A DNA stretch of 64,000 nucleotides from contig CAWJTV010000034.1 in assembly GCA_963845755.1 (NCBI GenBank), forward strand, positions 192,001 to 256,000, written 5' to 3'. The notes below the pieces were generated by a model. It was not told where the DNA came from, ran no database searches, and worked only from the letters and a program-made list of their open reading frames with translations. This DNA comes from an uncultured Planctomycetota bacterium (GTDB lineage: Bacteria > Planctomycetota > Planctomycetia > Isosphaerales > Isosphaeraceae). Of this stretch, positions 34,465-45,741 are shown in pieces (within the stretch, counting starts at the first letter, position 1; every line of letters starts with the position of its first letter). The translations under genes and the position numbers were made by a program.

Positions 34465-35297
34465 ATGACGACGCCTCACGATGAGGCTCCATCGCCGGAG
34501 GACGAGCCAGCCATCAACCCCGCCGTGACCACTCCGCTCGGCGCGGCAACGCCCGTTCGTGCTGGCCGGAAGGACCCGATGGTGTCGCTGACGCGATGGG
34601 AGCCGGAACCCAGCTCGAGGACGTCACGCGACCAGCAACCGGCTCGAGGACGTGAGGAATCCGTAACGGCGCCGCGGTCAGACCCGGCAGGACTGCCGCT
34701 CCGGGCCGGTACCCGCCGGGATCAGTCAGCACACCGTCGCTGCCGGGGAAAGCTTCGCGAGCATCGCCTGGCTCTACTATGGAGCCGAGAGCTATGGCCA
34801 GGCCCTCTGGCAATTCAACCGGGGCAGGATCGCCCGGCCTGATCGCCTGAAAGTTGGAGATCTGCTCGTCGTGCCTCCTGCCGGAGTGCTGAATTCCCCG
34901 CGAGTGAACCACCAACGATCGGCCTCGCCGAACACCCTGGACCACAACCCGATCGCCCGCGCGAATCCAGCAGCATCCGGGCGTCCGAGATCGGCCGGAA
35001 CGACGGGCGGTTGGGTCGAGCAGCCGCGCGGTCGCAATCCCAGCGCCGTCGCGAACGATGCGGCCGCATCCGGTCCGAGGGTGACTCATCCTGGACCTCG
35101 TCCCGAGTCGCGCGTCCACCTGGTTCGGCGCTGACGAGACCCTGCGCAGCATCGCCCGAGATCGGCTGGGGGACGCCCACCGAGCGGACGAGATCCTCCA
35201 GTTGAACCGGGATCGTCTCGACGGCGAGGGCTCGCTCAGACCGGGCCTATTCCTCCGCCTGCCCGACGATGCTCGAACCCAGCGGTCGGTGCCTTGA
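34465..35297 (+). CDS. Two-LysM-domain coding segment, either a frameshifted C-terminal part of the secretin or a separate TsaP-like gene
   Basis: Manual translation from 34721: [50 protein letters not shown]; from about 35110: [50 protein letters not shown], stop at 35295-35297. Confidence 0.75.
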
Positions 35298-35723
35298 AGC
35301 CTGCCGCGCATCCGAGCCGAGCAGTGCCGCGACTACGACCAAGCTGATTACAGCCCAGCCTGCAACCACCGCGGCCATCACTCTCGAGACCCCGACACGC
35401 TCCCAAAGGTCGCCGGTTCCCATGCCAATCAGCAGCAGGTAGAACGAGGGGAAGAGTAGCGCCGTTGTCAACTCCACGATCGCATATCGTGGTGAAATCC
35501 GACCACGACAGTGCCGGCATCTGCCGGCCAGGAACAGCCACCCCAGAACTGGAATATTGTCGCGTGCACGGATCAGCGCCAGGCAGCGCGGGCATCGCGA
35601 CCTCGGACGAAAGAGACTCATCAACCGGCGAATCCGATATACGCACACGTTCAGAAAGCTGCCGATGCATCCGCCCACGATCAAAAACAGGATCGCGAGT
35701 ACAACATGATGTGAAATAGTCAT
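35247..35723 (-). CDS. Prepilin peptidase N-terminal (Zn-binding CxxC...CxxC) domain only
   Basis: [12 protein letters not shown]...PRSRCPRC...[18 protein letters not shown]...[10 protein letters not shown]; 158 aa, no GxGD motif. Confidence 0.85.
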   Translation of the reverse strand: MTISHHVVLAILFLIVGGCIGSFLNVCVYRIRRLMSLFRPRSRCPRCLALIRARDNIPVLGWLFLAGRCRHCRGRISPRYAIVELTTALLFPSFYLLLIGMGTGDLWERVGVSRVMAAVVAGWAVISLVVVAALLGSDARQASRHRPLGSSIVGQAEE

Positions 35724-36283
35724 GAGGCTTCCGTTGACTCATGGGTTGCGAGGCGCGGACCGACCACTCCCGTTGAGGCCGATTGATGGTGTGCCCGCCG
35801 TTGTGCCGCGGACGGCTCGATGCGCCCGCTGTGAAGCAGTACCCATTGATAGCACAATAGGACGAGATACAGGCCGAGAAACAGGGGAAGGAAGTATCCC
35901 GCGCGGAATCGGCTGCCGAACATGGGATAATTCTTGTAGACGACGAGGAAGGGGATGCCCGCCGCGGTCATCACGTACTTGCCCAGCAGGAAAGCCGTAT
36001 GTCCATGGGACAGCAGGTAAAGCATGAACGGGTTGCCTTCCTCGCTATTGATCTCGAGCAGTTCGATGGTCAGCAGGCCGTCGACGAGCGTCAAGCCAAG
36101 AATCGCCACGATCATGCCGAGCGTGATCGCATCGAATTGATCGACGAAGAACGCGCCACGACGCTCCTCTTCTCGCCTCGGCCCTCGGCGGCGGCCCCCA
36201 AAGCGGAACGCATCGAGGGGTGACGTGGGATTCTGGCGCCGATCTTCCCGCTTCCGCGATTCTCCATGGGGATTCTCGTTCAT
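35720..36283 (-). CDS. DUF5658-like membrane protein
   Basis: DRR...GRRRGPRR...FFVD, then [13 protein letters not shown]...EGNPFM...FLLGKY; three TM segments. Confidence 0.7.
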   Translation of the reverse strand: MNENPHGESRKREDRRQNPTSPLDAFRFGGRRRGPRREEERRGAFFVDQFDAITLGMIVAILGLTLVDGLLTIELLEINSEEGNPFMLYLLSHGHTAFLLGKYVMTAAGIPFLVVYKNYPMFGSRFRAGYFLPLFLGLYLVLLCYQWVLLHSGRIEPSAAQRRAHHQSASTGVVGPRLATHESTEAS

Positions 36284-36506
36284 GCGCGATGGTGAAGGTA
36301 CGCGCGCACTGGGAGCGCGGTTTCCCAGCGACCAAACCCGAGACACGAACGATCCGTGAGCCCCCGGCACGCTGGTAGGACCGGGGCCGCGTCCACCTGT
36401 TCAATCCAGCCTAGGCCGAGTTCGCAACGAGCGAGCGAGCATGCGTCTGCGCGTTGACGTAGAACAACATTGGCGAGAGGCGATGGTGATGTAAGGGAAG
36501 CAAGGG

Positions 36507-38246
36507 TTACTCTTCTTCGGCCATGGTGACGCTCAAGGCAGCCTCGAGGCTGGTCAGTCCCTGGCGGACCTTATCAAGCGCGCTATCAAAGAGCATCTTC
36601 ATCCCTTCCTCGCGAGCGGCCTTGCGGAGCTGGTCCACAGGGGATCGCTTCTGAATCAGAGAAATGAGCCTGGGAGTGATGCGAATCACCTCGAAAACGC
36701 CGACTCGTCCGCGATAACCCATGCGCCGGCACTGGAGGCATCCCTTGGGGCGGTAGATGGTCTCGCCGAGCGGCAGGCCATGCTGATCGGCCATTTCGGC
36801 ACTGACCTCATAGGGTTCCTTGCAGTGCGTGCAGAGCCGGCGAACCAGCCGCTGAGCCTCCAGCACCCGGAGGGAGCAGGCGAGCAGGAACGGCTCGATG
36901 CCCATGTCCTGAAGTCGGGTCACGGCCGACAGGGCATCGTTCGTGTGGATCGTCGAGAGGACGAAGTGCCCGGTCAGCGCGGCGCGAAGGCAGATCTCGG
37001 CGGTCTCCTGGTCGCGTACCTCGCCGACCATGATAATGTCCGGATCCTGCCGCAGGAACGCCCGCAGGGCCGACTGGAAGGTCAACCCGACCGGGGCTTT
37101 GACCTGCACCTGGTTCATCCCCTTGAACTTGTACTCCACCGGGTCCTCGACCGTGCAGATATTGACCTTCGCATCGTTGAGCTGGTTGAGGCACGAATAC
37201 AGCGTAGTTGACTTGCCGCTTCCGGTCGGGCCGGTTACCAGCGCCAGGCCGTATGGCGAGTGGATCGACTCGATCAGGTCGGTCAACTGCCGCTCGTCCA
37301 GGCCCAGGCCGGTCAGATTCAGGGGGATCGCGCCTTTGTCCAGGATTCGCATGACCATCTTCTCGCCATGGACCGTCGGGACCGTATTGACGCGAAGGTC
37401 GATCCGCTTGTCGCCCGTCCGCAGCGCGATCGCGCCGTCCTGAGGAATCCGCTTCTCGGCGATATCCATCTTCGCGAGCACTTTCAACCGGGAGATGATC
37501 ATGATGAACACGGTCTTCGACGGCGACGGGAGTTCGTGCAGCACGCCGTCGATTCGGAGCCGGAACTTGCAGCCGTCTTCGAATGGCTCGAGGTGAATGT
37601 CGCTGGCTCCGTTGCGTAGCGCCTGCTCGAGGATCTGATTGACCATGCGGACGATCCGGCCGTTGGCGTCCGCGGTGGGCGTGGCGTCGAGGTTGAGGAT
37701 GTTCTCATTGTCGTCGCCCTCCTCACCCTCGATCACGTCGAAGCCCTCGCTCCCCTCGCCGATGCCCTTGGTGTGCTGATCGGTCCGATAGAGGAGGTCG
37801 AGCTGACTCTGCACGACCGATAGGGGCGCGATGATCGGGTTGATCCGCAGCCCGGTCATGAGCTCGAGCTCGTCCACGACCCCCATCTCCTCGGGGGAGA
37901 CGAACGCGACGTCGAGCACGTTGTCCCGGACCGCCATCGGGCAGATCAGCCGATCGATGCAGAGTTTCTCCGGAACCAGGCTGCCGATCTCCTTATCGAC
38001 CACGCCGGCTTCGATATTGTTGCGGATCACCGGCAGGAACAGGTCCTCGGCATAGAGGTTGGTGATCTCTTGCTCGGAGATGTGGCCGGCACGGATCAGG
38101 GCCACCTCGGACAAGGTCCCGGACCCGGCTTTGCGGAGCGTCTCCTCGATCTGGTCGAGCTGTTTCGCTGTGAACCAGTTGCGTCGCGCCAGCAGCTCCA
38201 GGACCAGAGGTTGCGTTTCTGTTTCTTTGTAGAGGGTGGCCATCAC
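36507..38246 (-). CDS. GspE/PilB-family assembly ATPase
   Basis: ASDIHLEP, RLRIDGVL, MDIAEKRIPQDG, Walker A GPTGSGKSTTLY, EDPVEY, RQDPDIIMVGEVRD, TGHFVLSTIHTN, tetracysteine motif. Confidence 0.96.
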   Translation of the reverse strand: MMATLYKETETQPLVLELLARRNWFTAKQLDQIEETLRKAGSGTLSEVALIRAGHISEQEITNLYAEDLFLPVIRNNIEAGVVDKEIGSLVPEKLCIDRLICPMAVRDNVLDVAFVSPEEMGVVDELELMTGLRINPIIAPLSVVQSQLDLLYRTDQHTKGIGEGSEGFDVIEGEEGDDNENILNLDATPTADANGRIVRMVNQILEQALRNGASDIHLEPFEDGCKFRLRIDGVLHELPSPSKTVFIMIISRLKVLAKMDIAEKRIPQDGAIALRTGDKRIDLRVNTVPTVHGEKMVMRILDKGAIPLNLTGLGLDERQLTDLIESIHSPYGLALVTGPTGSGKSTTLYSCLNQLNDAKVNICTVEDPVEYKFKGMNQVQVKAPVGLTFQSALRAFLRQDPDIIMVGEVRDQETAEICLRAALTGHFVLSTIHTNDALSAVTRLQDMGIEPFLLACSLRVLEAQRLVRRLCTHCKEPYEVSAEMADQHGLPLGETIYRPKGCLQCRRMGYRGRVGVFEVIRITPRLISLIQKRSPVDQLRKAAREEGMKMLFDSALDKVRQGLTSLEAALSVTMAEEE

Positions 38247-38270
38247 GGTTCGCCAACGGTGTTGAGGATG

Positions 38271-38312
38271 GGATCTAGGATCTCAGATTCAATATTCCCG
38301 ATTCAAGATTCA
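38271..38312. repeat. Degenerate heptamer tandem tract
   Basis: GGATCTA GGATCTC AGATTCA ATATTCC CGATTCA AGATTCA; same 7-mer style as at 41.5 kb and 62.85 kb. Confidence 0.6.
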
Positions 38313-38380
38313 AAATGATGAAGTTTCAAGAATTCGGTCTCTGACGTGTGGAAAACTTCGCGTTTTGCGATGGGGCCGCG

Positions 38381-39139
38381 TCAGGGATCGGCGGCAGGGG
38401 TTGTTGCTGAGTCGGCACGTGACGTCGGAGCACGGCGCCCCCGCGATGAGGGGGCTTTCCCCGACATGAGATCGGTCAGGTCCGACTTTCCGACGATGCT
38501 CCGTCCCAATGCGCCCAGCGGTGACTTGAGCAGCTTCTGGATCACGGCGAGCTGGCCGGACGGGTCGAGCATCGTCGCCTCCGGAGACCCGGCAATGCCC
38601 GGCCTCGGTGCCGCGGGGCGATTGCCGAGCTGATCCGGATAACTCAGCACGTAGTTCCGGTTATTTCCCCTCAGGATGACTCTCGACGGCAGGACAACGG
38701 TTAGCAACAACTGCGAGGAGGGATCTTGGGAGTCGTTCCGGAATCGAAGAGGTTGACCCCTTGAGTAGATCCGGCCGTCGATAATCGCGATCTGGTCGCG
38801 ACCTTGGAAAAACGTGGCTTCCAGCGTCATCTGCCGAACGAGATCGGCCAGTGGATCGGATGGGGGATCGGAAGGGAGGCTGGCCTGCGATTGGGACGCG
38901 TCTGCCGACGGGCTCGTCACGTGGCTGACCTGGAACGGGTCGCGAAACTCTCCGATCAGCCGTTCCGCCGTTTCGGTGCCGGATTCCAGCATGCCTTCCA
39001 TCACCTCCAGGCCCTTCTCCACGTCGGACCGGCCCGTTGCCCGCTTGGGAAGACTCTCATGGAGTGAGTAGCTGGAGTACCCGAGAAAGACGATCAGGAT
39101 GAGCGTCGGTGCCAGCTTCAACAGCTTCGCGGTGTTCAT
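38381..39139 (-). CDS. Single-TM pilus accessory protein (PilP/GspC-like)
   Basis: N-terminal TM, RDPFQ motif, LEATF...IAIIDGRIYSRG beta domain; sits between the PilO-like gene and the ATPase. Confidence 0.55.
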   Translation of the reverse strand: MNTAKLLKLAPTLILIVFLGYSSYSLHESLPKRATGRSDVEKGLEVMEGMLESGTETAERLIGEFRDPFQVSHVTSPSADASQSQASLPSDPPSDPLADLVRQMTLEATFFQGRDQIAIIDGRIYSRGQPLRFRNDSQDPSSQLLLTVVLPSRVILRGNNRNYVLSYPDQLGNRPAAPRPGIAGSPEATMLDPSGQLAVIQKLLKSPLGALGRSIVGKSDLTDLMSGKAPSSRGRRAPTSRADSATTPAADP

Positions 39140-39181
39140 TGGAGAGGGGTCCCGTTACGAGGGCGGCTCCCGGGAGCTTCT

Positions 39182-39764
39182 TCAGCGCCGGCCTGCCTCG
39201 GACTGGGCCTTCGCGCCGGTCGCCGACTTTTCGGTCAGGCTGACGAGGGTGACCTGGACGTTGAGACGCCTGGGGTCCGTGTGGTTCGGGGCGAGTTGGA
39301 TCGAGTCAATTCGCAACAGCCGCCGGTCGGTTTCAACCCAGTTCAGAAACGCATCGATGTCGGTGAAGTGTCCGTCCATCGTCAAGCGAAGGCCGATCGC
39401 CCGATAGGGACCGAGGCCCTTGGAACCTTCGGGTTTCAGGTCGATCAGCCTCAGAGGGGATGACCGAATGTGATCGATCACGCGCCGCATCAGTTCGTTG
39501 GCGTCGGCCCCGCCCGAGATGAGGCCCTGGTAGGGTGCCAGGCTCTTCCGGAGCTGCTCGACCTCGCGCGCCGTCGCGAGTCGCTTGCGCTCCCTGATCG
39601 ATCCGCGCCGTCGTGGTGATCATCTGTTCGTTTAAGGGTATGAAGTACATCACATACCATCCAGCGATGATCGCAATGCAGAGGACGACCCGGAGCTTCA
39701 GGGGATGACTGAGCTGTTCCAGGATGATCCGCTTGTAGCCGGACTTCGAGGACGGCTGGCTCAT
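39182..39764 (-). CDS. PilO/GspM-like protein (frameshift near 39600)
   Basis: TM VVLCIAIIAGWYVMYFIPL, coiled coil, then LRLTMDGHFTDIDAFLNWVETDRRLLRIDSIQL. Confidence 0.8.
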
Positions 39765-39914
39765 GGCCTCAGTTCCCTCGGCGGCAGAGAGTGGGCAGCA
39801 GGCACTGACGACATTACAGGTTCGGTCACTTCCGGGTTGGTCTCGTCCTCAGGGTGGTTCAGGTCCAGGTTGGCCGGGTGGCACCCGGCGTGCCCAACCC
39901 GATCGCGAGCCGCT

Positions 39915-41431
39915 CTACCGTGCTCCGCCGGCTTTGGATTCCATCTTCGGCAGGCAGATGACGGTATAAGACGCGAAAGGATGGCCTTTCTGAACGGCCG
40001 GATTGGACCGCAGGCCGGAGACCTCGATGAGGGGGAAATTCCGCTTGAGCGACGGATCCTTGCAGCGCAGCCAGGAAGCCGTCGATCTCGCTCGGCAACG
40101 ACCCGTCATCGGCCATCGGCGTCGCAAAGTTCATGGTCAGTTGTTTCTTGGTGGTGGTCGGAGTTGACTTGGAGCCGATCTCCAGGGTGGCCGTTCCCGA
40201 CATCGAAGTAATCACCGTGTTTTCGGGCGCGGCCGTGGCGATGGACCGGAGTGGGACGGACCAGGCGATACGACTGTTCTGAAACAGATCGAGCGACTGG
40301 GAACGATCCTGGAGTGCCTTCTTCTCAACATCGAGCTTCTTCTGGTCCCAGTCTTTCAGCCAGGAGAACGCTTTGAGTTGGATCCCGACCTCGTTGAGCT
40401 GAACTTCGGCTTCTGCCGCCGTCCCGTTCAGGAAGAGCGAGACGGCACCGAGCAGGGCGCCTTGGACGGCAAGCTCCCCCCAGGGAAAGATCTCGCGGAG
40501 CGTGGGGGAGGGCTTGAGCGTTCGCGACAGATCGAGCCCCGACTCGTCTTCGAGGGGGCTGGCCAGGGCGACTCCGAGCGCGGCCGAAGCCGCATCGTAG
40601 TTCGGCTCGGCGCAGCGAATTAACCGTGTCGCCGGTGCGCTGTTGGAACGCCTCAGGTCGCTGCGTCAGGACGACTTCCGGGCGGCCGTGTAGTATCATG
40701 GTATCGATCGGCAGAGGAATCCGGCAGTTCCGCCAGAGCATCCAGAGGGTCGAGTAGGCGGCCAGGACCGCGACCGTCTCCTCGCCGGGGGTCAGATCGA
40801 ATGTGTGCCAGAAGAGGGGCTGCGATCCCGCGGCCAGCACGCCGATCGCCTGGTGGGGACCGAGGAAGATCCGCACGCACAACACGGAGCCGCGGGGCGG
40901 CTTGCGGTGATACGCGCCGGCACGGTACAGCGCGGCGGGGACCGGCTCGGCCAGTCCGACGCGCGTACCCAATCCGCCCATCATCCCGACCAACGACTCG
41001 ATCGCCCCGCGCGGGGAAGCCGCCACGCAGGCTAGGGGTTGCTTGTTGAGCTCAAGCTTGAGCAACTCGATGATCCGTTCTTCGGACCGGATGTTGGTCG
41101 CCTGCACGGCCTCGAGGAAATAGGTCTGCGGGGGCGCGTTGCGATTGGCTTGGGTGATGGGCACCACGGCCTGGAAGACTTGCGACTCGGGCACACCCAG
41201 TTGGACCCAGGGACCAGCCTCGGCCTGCCGGCCCCGTCGCGACTTGATCCACGGTCCCATGACGCGCTCCAGGACCTCCTGCGCGGACTCGCCTTCGCAG
41301 GACTGGACGTCGCGGAAGACCTGGCGCCGGCTGAGCGGCGTTGCCGACACGATGGAAATGGCGATCCGCCGTTCCTCGATCACCAGCCCGATGGACCGCC
41401 GGACGGCGCATCGCGATAAGAGTGACTTCAT
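39915..41431 (-). CDS. PilM/PilN (GspL)-like fusion protein (several frameshifts)
   Basis: RRSIGLVIEERRIAI actin-like start, AEPVPAALYR, then LREIFPWGEL plus TM, coiled coil and ...VITSMSG...SYTVICLPK; located upstream of the PilO-like gene. Confidence 0.55.
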
Positions 41432-41486
41432 GGTCGGTTGGCTCTCGGTTTTCGGGCCCGGCCCTCCGGCTGGACCTGTCCTCCGG

Positions 41487-41630
41487 AGGATCTCCGCGCC
41501 GCGCACACCTTGCGGATTCGAGATTCTCAATCCCAGATTCGCGATTCCGTCGCGTGACGCGTTTCCCCAACTGGCATCCGGAATCGGAAATCCGGAATCC
41601 TGGTTGGGTTGCAGCCGAAGGCCGCGTGAG
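41487..41630. repeat. Heptamer-rich intergenic element ending GCCGAAGGCCGCGT
   Basis: GATTC-type heptamers facing GGAATC-type heptamers (fold-back), same terminus as 62802-62936. Confidence 0.6.
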
Positions 41631-41755
41631 CACTCGATCAAATAGCGGCGGGCGACCGCAACCGGCCGCCCGCACAAAGGTCAGGTCCACAACAACCTGT
41701 GAGCCCGGGGACGACGATGCCGCCCGCCGGTTCTCGCCATCACGCGATGCGGCGA

Positions 41756-42232
41756 TCAGGAGCCGCTGCTGCTGGAGCTGCCACTCGCGCTGACCGTGAC
41801 CGGGCAGATCTGCGGGAAGGTCATGATCGTCGAGGTGGACGAAGAGTCAAACCCGGTCTGCGTCCAGTTGACGGTATAAGCGTAGCTCGAGTTCGCATTC
41901 CGTGTGAGCATCAGCGACCACGTCGGGTTCCCGGCACTGTCGGCTGTCACCGTGATGGTGCTCGGGACGGTGAAATACTGGGGCGCGGGAAGGTTGACAT
42001 CGAGCGAACTGATCGTGCTGGCGTAGACGCCGTTCTGGGCCAGGTACCGCTCCTCGGCGGACTGGATGGCCGAGAGGTAATTGAAGGATTCCGCCGCCTT
42101 CGATTTCTCCACGGACTGGAGGAAGCGGGGGACGCCGAAGGCAGCCAGAACGCCGATGATGACGATCACGACCGCGAGTTCGACGAGGGTGAACCCTTTG
42201 CGGGTTCGCTGGCGTGAGACGAATCTGTGCAT
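41756..42232 (-). CDS. Type IV pilin, probable major pilin
   Basis: Class III signal RKG|FTLVELAVVIVIIGVLAAFGVP; RBS AGAGAG; long own leader region; Ser/Thr-rich, ending SASGSSSSSGS. Confidence 0.92.
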   Translation of the reverse strand: MHRFVSRQRTRKGFTLVELAVVIVIIGVLAAFGVPRFLQSVEKSKAAESFNYLSAIQSAEERYLAQNGVYASTISSLDVNLPAPQYFTVPSTITVTADSAGNPTWSLMLTRNANSSYAYTVNWTQTGFDSSSTSTIMTFPQICPVTVSASGSSSSSGS

Positions 42233-42878
42233 GGTCTTTGGCTCTCTCTCGTTACTTGATCCGAATCCAGGTAATCAACCGACAGAAACTGATTCTTCAG
42301 GTTCTTCTACCCCGGCCGAGCTGACTTCAGCCGGGAGACGAACACGGCGGATGGGTGGGGCATTCGCCGGGGACAGACCTGACAACCTTCACTGTCCTCG
42401 ATTGTCCCGGGCAACGATTTTTCCGACTTGCAAGCCCTGCCCATGTGGAGAGGCGACGTCGCCCTGCGGTCGCATGCCGCCGGTGACACTCAACGCTAGT
42501 TCAAATCCAGCCTTCGTCAAATCCGTGCGTGATACGCTGGCTGACCCATCGACTCGGCTCCGGGTCGCGAGTTGATCGAATTCAACATGGTTGCACGCCG
42601 GTGGAGAAATCGGGCCTAGAGTTGAACGAAGAGAGGGAGAGAATCCGACCCCAGTACCGGATGGCCGCGGAGTGTTGACGGGGCGGAACTCGCGTCCTCC
42701 CGGGTTGGCGAAGCCGGTGGTTCGCCTTCCCTTCCAGTCGACAGCGGTAGGTCTCAGAGGGCGCTCCGTCGCGACCAATTAGACATCTCAGATTACGCGT
42801 TTCCGGTGTGGATTCAGCTTTCGTGGGTCCCTTCGTCTTAGAATCGGGGATCTGGAATCTCGTTGCGGCGCCAGCCGC

Positions 42879-43988
42879 GTGAGGGGGTGGAACGTGCCGT
42901 TCGAAGAGTGGGTCGTCTCACACGCGAAGATTTCGACCAAACCCCACCGGTCCGCCAAGATGGAAGATACACTGACCTTCTTCCACCAGCTCTCGACCCT
43001 GGTCGGCTCGGGGACCCCCTTGCTCCAGGCCCTCAAGATCGCAACGGCGCAATGCGAGAGCATCAAGCTACGGGAGGTCCTGGGTGAGATCGTCTCGAAG
43101 GTGTCGGCCGGCAGCAGCTTCCACTCGGCGGCTGCCGCCTTTCCTCAGGTCTTCGAATTCTCGTGGCTCGAGGCAATCCGAACCGGCGAAGTGACGGGAA
43201 AGATGGCCTCGGTGCTCACCGAGCTCAGCAAACAGATCCGCGAGACGCGCGAGACCAAGCGGAAGGTCAAGGGCGCCCTGATGTACCCCGTGATCCTGAT
43301 TTCGGTGGCCGTGATCGCCGTGACCCTCATGCTCTGGCTCGTCGTGCCGGTCTTCGCCAAGATGTTCAAGGACATGGATGCCCAGCTTCCCGGCATCACC
43401 CAGTTCGTGGTAGACATGTCGAACTACATCGTCCAGTACGGCATCTACGGCGTGATTGCGATCGGCGCCGCGATCTACGGTTTCAAGCGGTTCCTCAATA
43501 CCGAGTCCGGGCGCCGGTATGTCGGCGGCACGCTCATGATCCTCCCCACGGTAGGTCAACTGATGGTCGAGATGGCGATGTACCGCTTCGCCTCGAACCT
43601 CTCGCTGCTCCTCAAGAGCGGCGTGCCCATGATGGAGACGATCAACACGGTCCAGGGCATCTTCCAGAACAGCCCAATTTACCGCGATGCCCTCGCGCGG
43701 GTCGCCGCCCGGGTCGCGGCGGGCAAGCCGCTCAACGCCGCGCTCCAGGAGACCGGATTGTTCCTCCCCATGCTGATTAGCATGGTCCAGGTCGGCGAGG
43801 AATCGGGCCAACTGCCCGCGGTGATGGAGCAGATCGCCCCGTTCTACAAGGAGAAGATGGAGACCATGATCTTGAAGGTCACAAAAATGTTGGAGCCCAT
43901 GACAATCATGTTCATGGGTACGTCGATTGCGGGGATGATGCTGGCGATCTACATGCCGATGTTCGAGATGGCGGGCAGCGTGAAATGA
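42879..43988 (+). CDS. PilC/GspF platform protein
   Basis: FFHQLSTLVGSGTPLLQAL, GEVTGKM, KVKGALMYP, LLKSGVPM, MVQVGEESGQL, AIYMPMF. Confidence 0.95.
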   Translation: MRGWNVPFEEWVVSHAKISTKPHRSAKMEDTLTFFHQLSTLVGSGTPLLQALKIATAQCESIKLREVLGEIVSKVSAGSSFHSAAAAFPQVFEFSWLEAIRTGEVTGKMASVLTELSKQIRETRETKRKVKGALMYPVILISVAVIAVTLMLWLVVPVFAKMFKDMDAQLPGITQFVVDMSNYIVQYGIYGVIAIGAAIYGFKRFLNTESGRRYVGGTLMILPTVGQLMVEMAMYRFASNLSLLLKSGVPMMETINTVQGIFQNSPIYRDALARVAARVAAGKPLNAALQETGLFLPMLISMVQVGEESGQLPAVMEQIAPFYKEKMETMILKVTKMLEPMTIMFMGTSIAGMMLAIYMPMFEMAGSVK

Positions 43989-44073
43989 GACCGGTCGTGC
44001 GACATCGCCCCGGGCCCATTCAGGGAGCGGGGCGCGTTCCACGATCGAACGATTCCGCGGCGGAGATCCGAGA

Positions 44074-44576
44074 ATGACGAAGAGAATATCGAAACAACAG
44101 GCCATGGTGATGGACGGCACGACCGCGGTGACTGCGGCGCTGCCGAGCTCCGCCCGGATCGGGAGGGGGGGAAGCTCGCTCGTCGAGATGATCATCACCA
44201 TCCTGGTGCTTGGAGTGCTGCTGTCGATGGGGGTCCCCCAGTTCGCGCAGTCACTGGAGCAGTCGTGCGCGAACGTCGCCGGGGCCAACCTGCGCGCATC
44301 TGGTCGGCCCAGCGGCTCTACTGGCTGCAGAATCGCACATATTCACCCGACCTGAACACGCTCTTGACCGCGAATTTAATCGACCCGTCCCTCACCACGG
44401 CGACCGCGCCCTATACTTACGCCATGTCCAACTCCAGCAGTAGCACGTTCACCGCGACGGCGACCCGCGCCGGCTCGTCGACGTGGTCGGGCAGCTACAC
44501 GATCATCCAGGACGGGACGTTCTCCGGGACCGTCCAGTCGGGTTCGAGCGTCACCATCGAGCCGGGGTTCCAATGA
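44074..44576 (+). CDS. Pilin-like protein (frameshift near 44298)
   Basis: RGG|SSLVEMIITILVLGVLLSMGVP...GANLRA joins IWSAQRLYWLQNRTY...FTATATR. Confidence 0.8.
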
Positions 44577-45154
44577 GACCGATGAGATCGGTTCCTGGCC
44601 TTGCCTCTACGGTCCTGCCCGATGGCCGAGGACGGCCCAGAGATCGCCGGTCCTGGCCTCGCCGCGGCTCCGCGTTGCTCGAGGTCCAGATGGCCTTCGC
44701 GATCCTGGGGATCGGTCTGGCGGGGCTCTGCCCGTTCGTCGTGATGCGACTCCGGCAGATCCGCCAGCTCGAACAAGGGTTGCAGGGGCAGGTGATCAAC
44801 AGCCGCGTGGGTGAGGCGATGTGGACGAGCCTGGGCACGGACCGGCGCCAGGGCCAGACCTACTATCTCGTCCCGTGGCAGAACCCGTGGACCCGGAAGC
44901 TCGCCGGCAGCTCAGATCGTCGCCTGGTCCCCCGACCCAGTCGTGGTGGGACGCCTTGACGTGAAACTGGCCGGCATGCTCAGATCGTCGCCTACACGGA
45001 CACGATTCCCAATCCGCCCACCATCCCCTGCGATCCGGGCCCGCTGTCGAACCCATTATCGATCAGCGCATCGAATACCGTGACGATCGTCGAATTGGAT
45101 GCCTCGCCCGGGAGCCAGAACGTGACCGTCTACGTGAACGTCACCGGCCTGTGA
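44573..45154 (+). CDS. Minor pilin, PilV/GspI-like (frameshifts)
   Basis: RRG|SALLEVQMAFAILGIGLAGL; C-terminal ..VTIVELD...NVTVYVNVTGL in another frame. Confidence 0.65.
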
Positions 45155-45203
45155 TCCGAGACGACGACCTCAGACGCCCCTCTTGGCGACGACGAAGCAG
45201 GAC

Positions 45204-45741
45204 ATGATGCGACCGTATCGATCCCCCATTCGCTACCGTCGCGGCTTTTCCCTGACCGAGCTGGTGGTGGCCGCCGTGCTGGCCACCTTGCTCATGAGCT
45301 TGATGGCGATATCCTGGGTGGCCTTCGGTTCGACCGGCCCTGGAGGTCGAGGCCCGTGCCCGGATCGCGCAGGAGGGCGTACTCGCCACTCAATCGATCG
45401 CCTGCGACCTCGGCGGCTTCCTGGCCGACTCGCCCGGACAAACCGGCAACCTGGCCCAGTATCAGTTCGTCGACTGGAACCTCTCCAATAGTGGTGTCTT
45501 CCTCCTGAACTTCCAGGGGGCGAACGTGGGAGACACCATCGTCATCACCTATCAGGTCTCGGGGAACGAGCTCGTTCGGTCCAACTCATCCACCGGCGTA
45601 TCCACGACCATCGCCAAGTACGTGACGGCCTTTTCCGTCGTCTCGAATCCGGACAATTCCAGCCAGGCGTTGATCCAGATCACGATCGCCTTCCGTTATT
45701 TCTCGGCAACCTATACCTTGATCGGTGTACCACCCTCATGA
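45204..45741 (+). CDS. Minor pilin, PilW/GspJ-like (frameshift near 45335)
   Basis: RRG|FSLTELVVAAVLATLL; continues ARIAQEG...ITYQVSGNELVR...IAKYVTAF. Confidence 0.75.

Noticed and set aside
42408..42428. Sigma54 promoter for the pilin (GG-N10-GC on the minus strand)
   Set aside because: Spacing fits, but the -24 element reads CGGAAA rather than TGGCAC.
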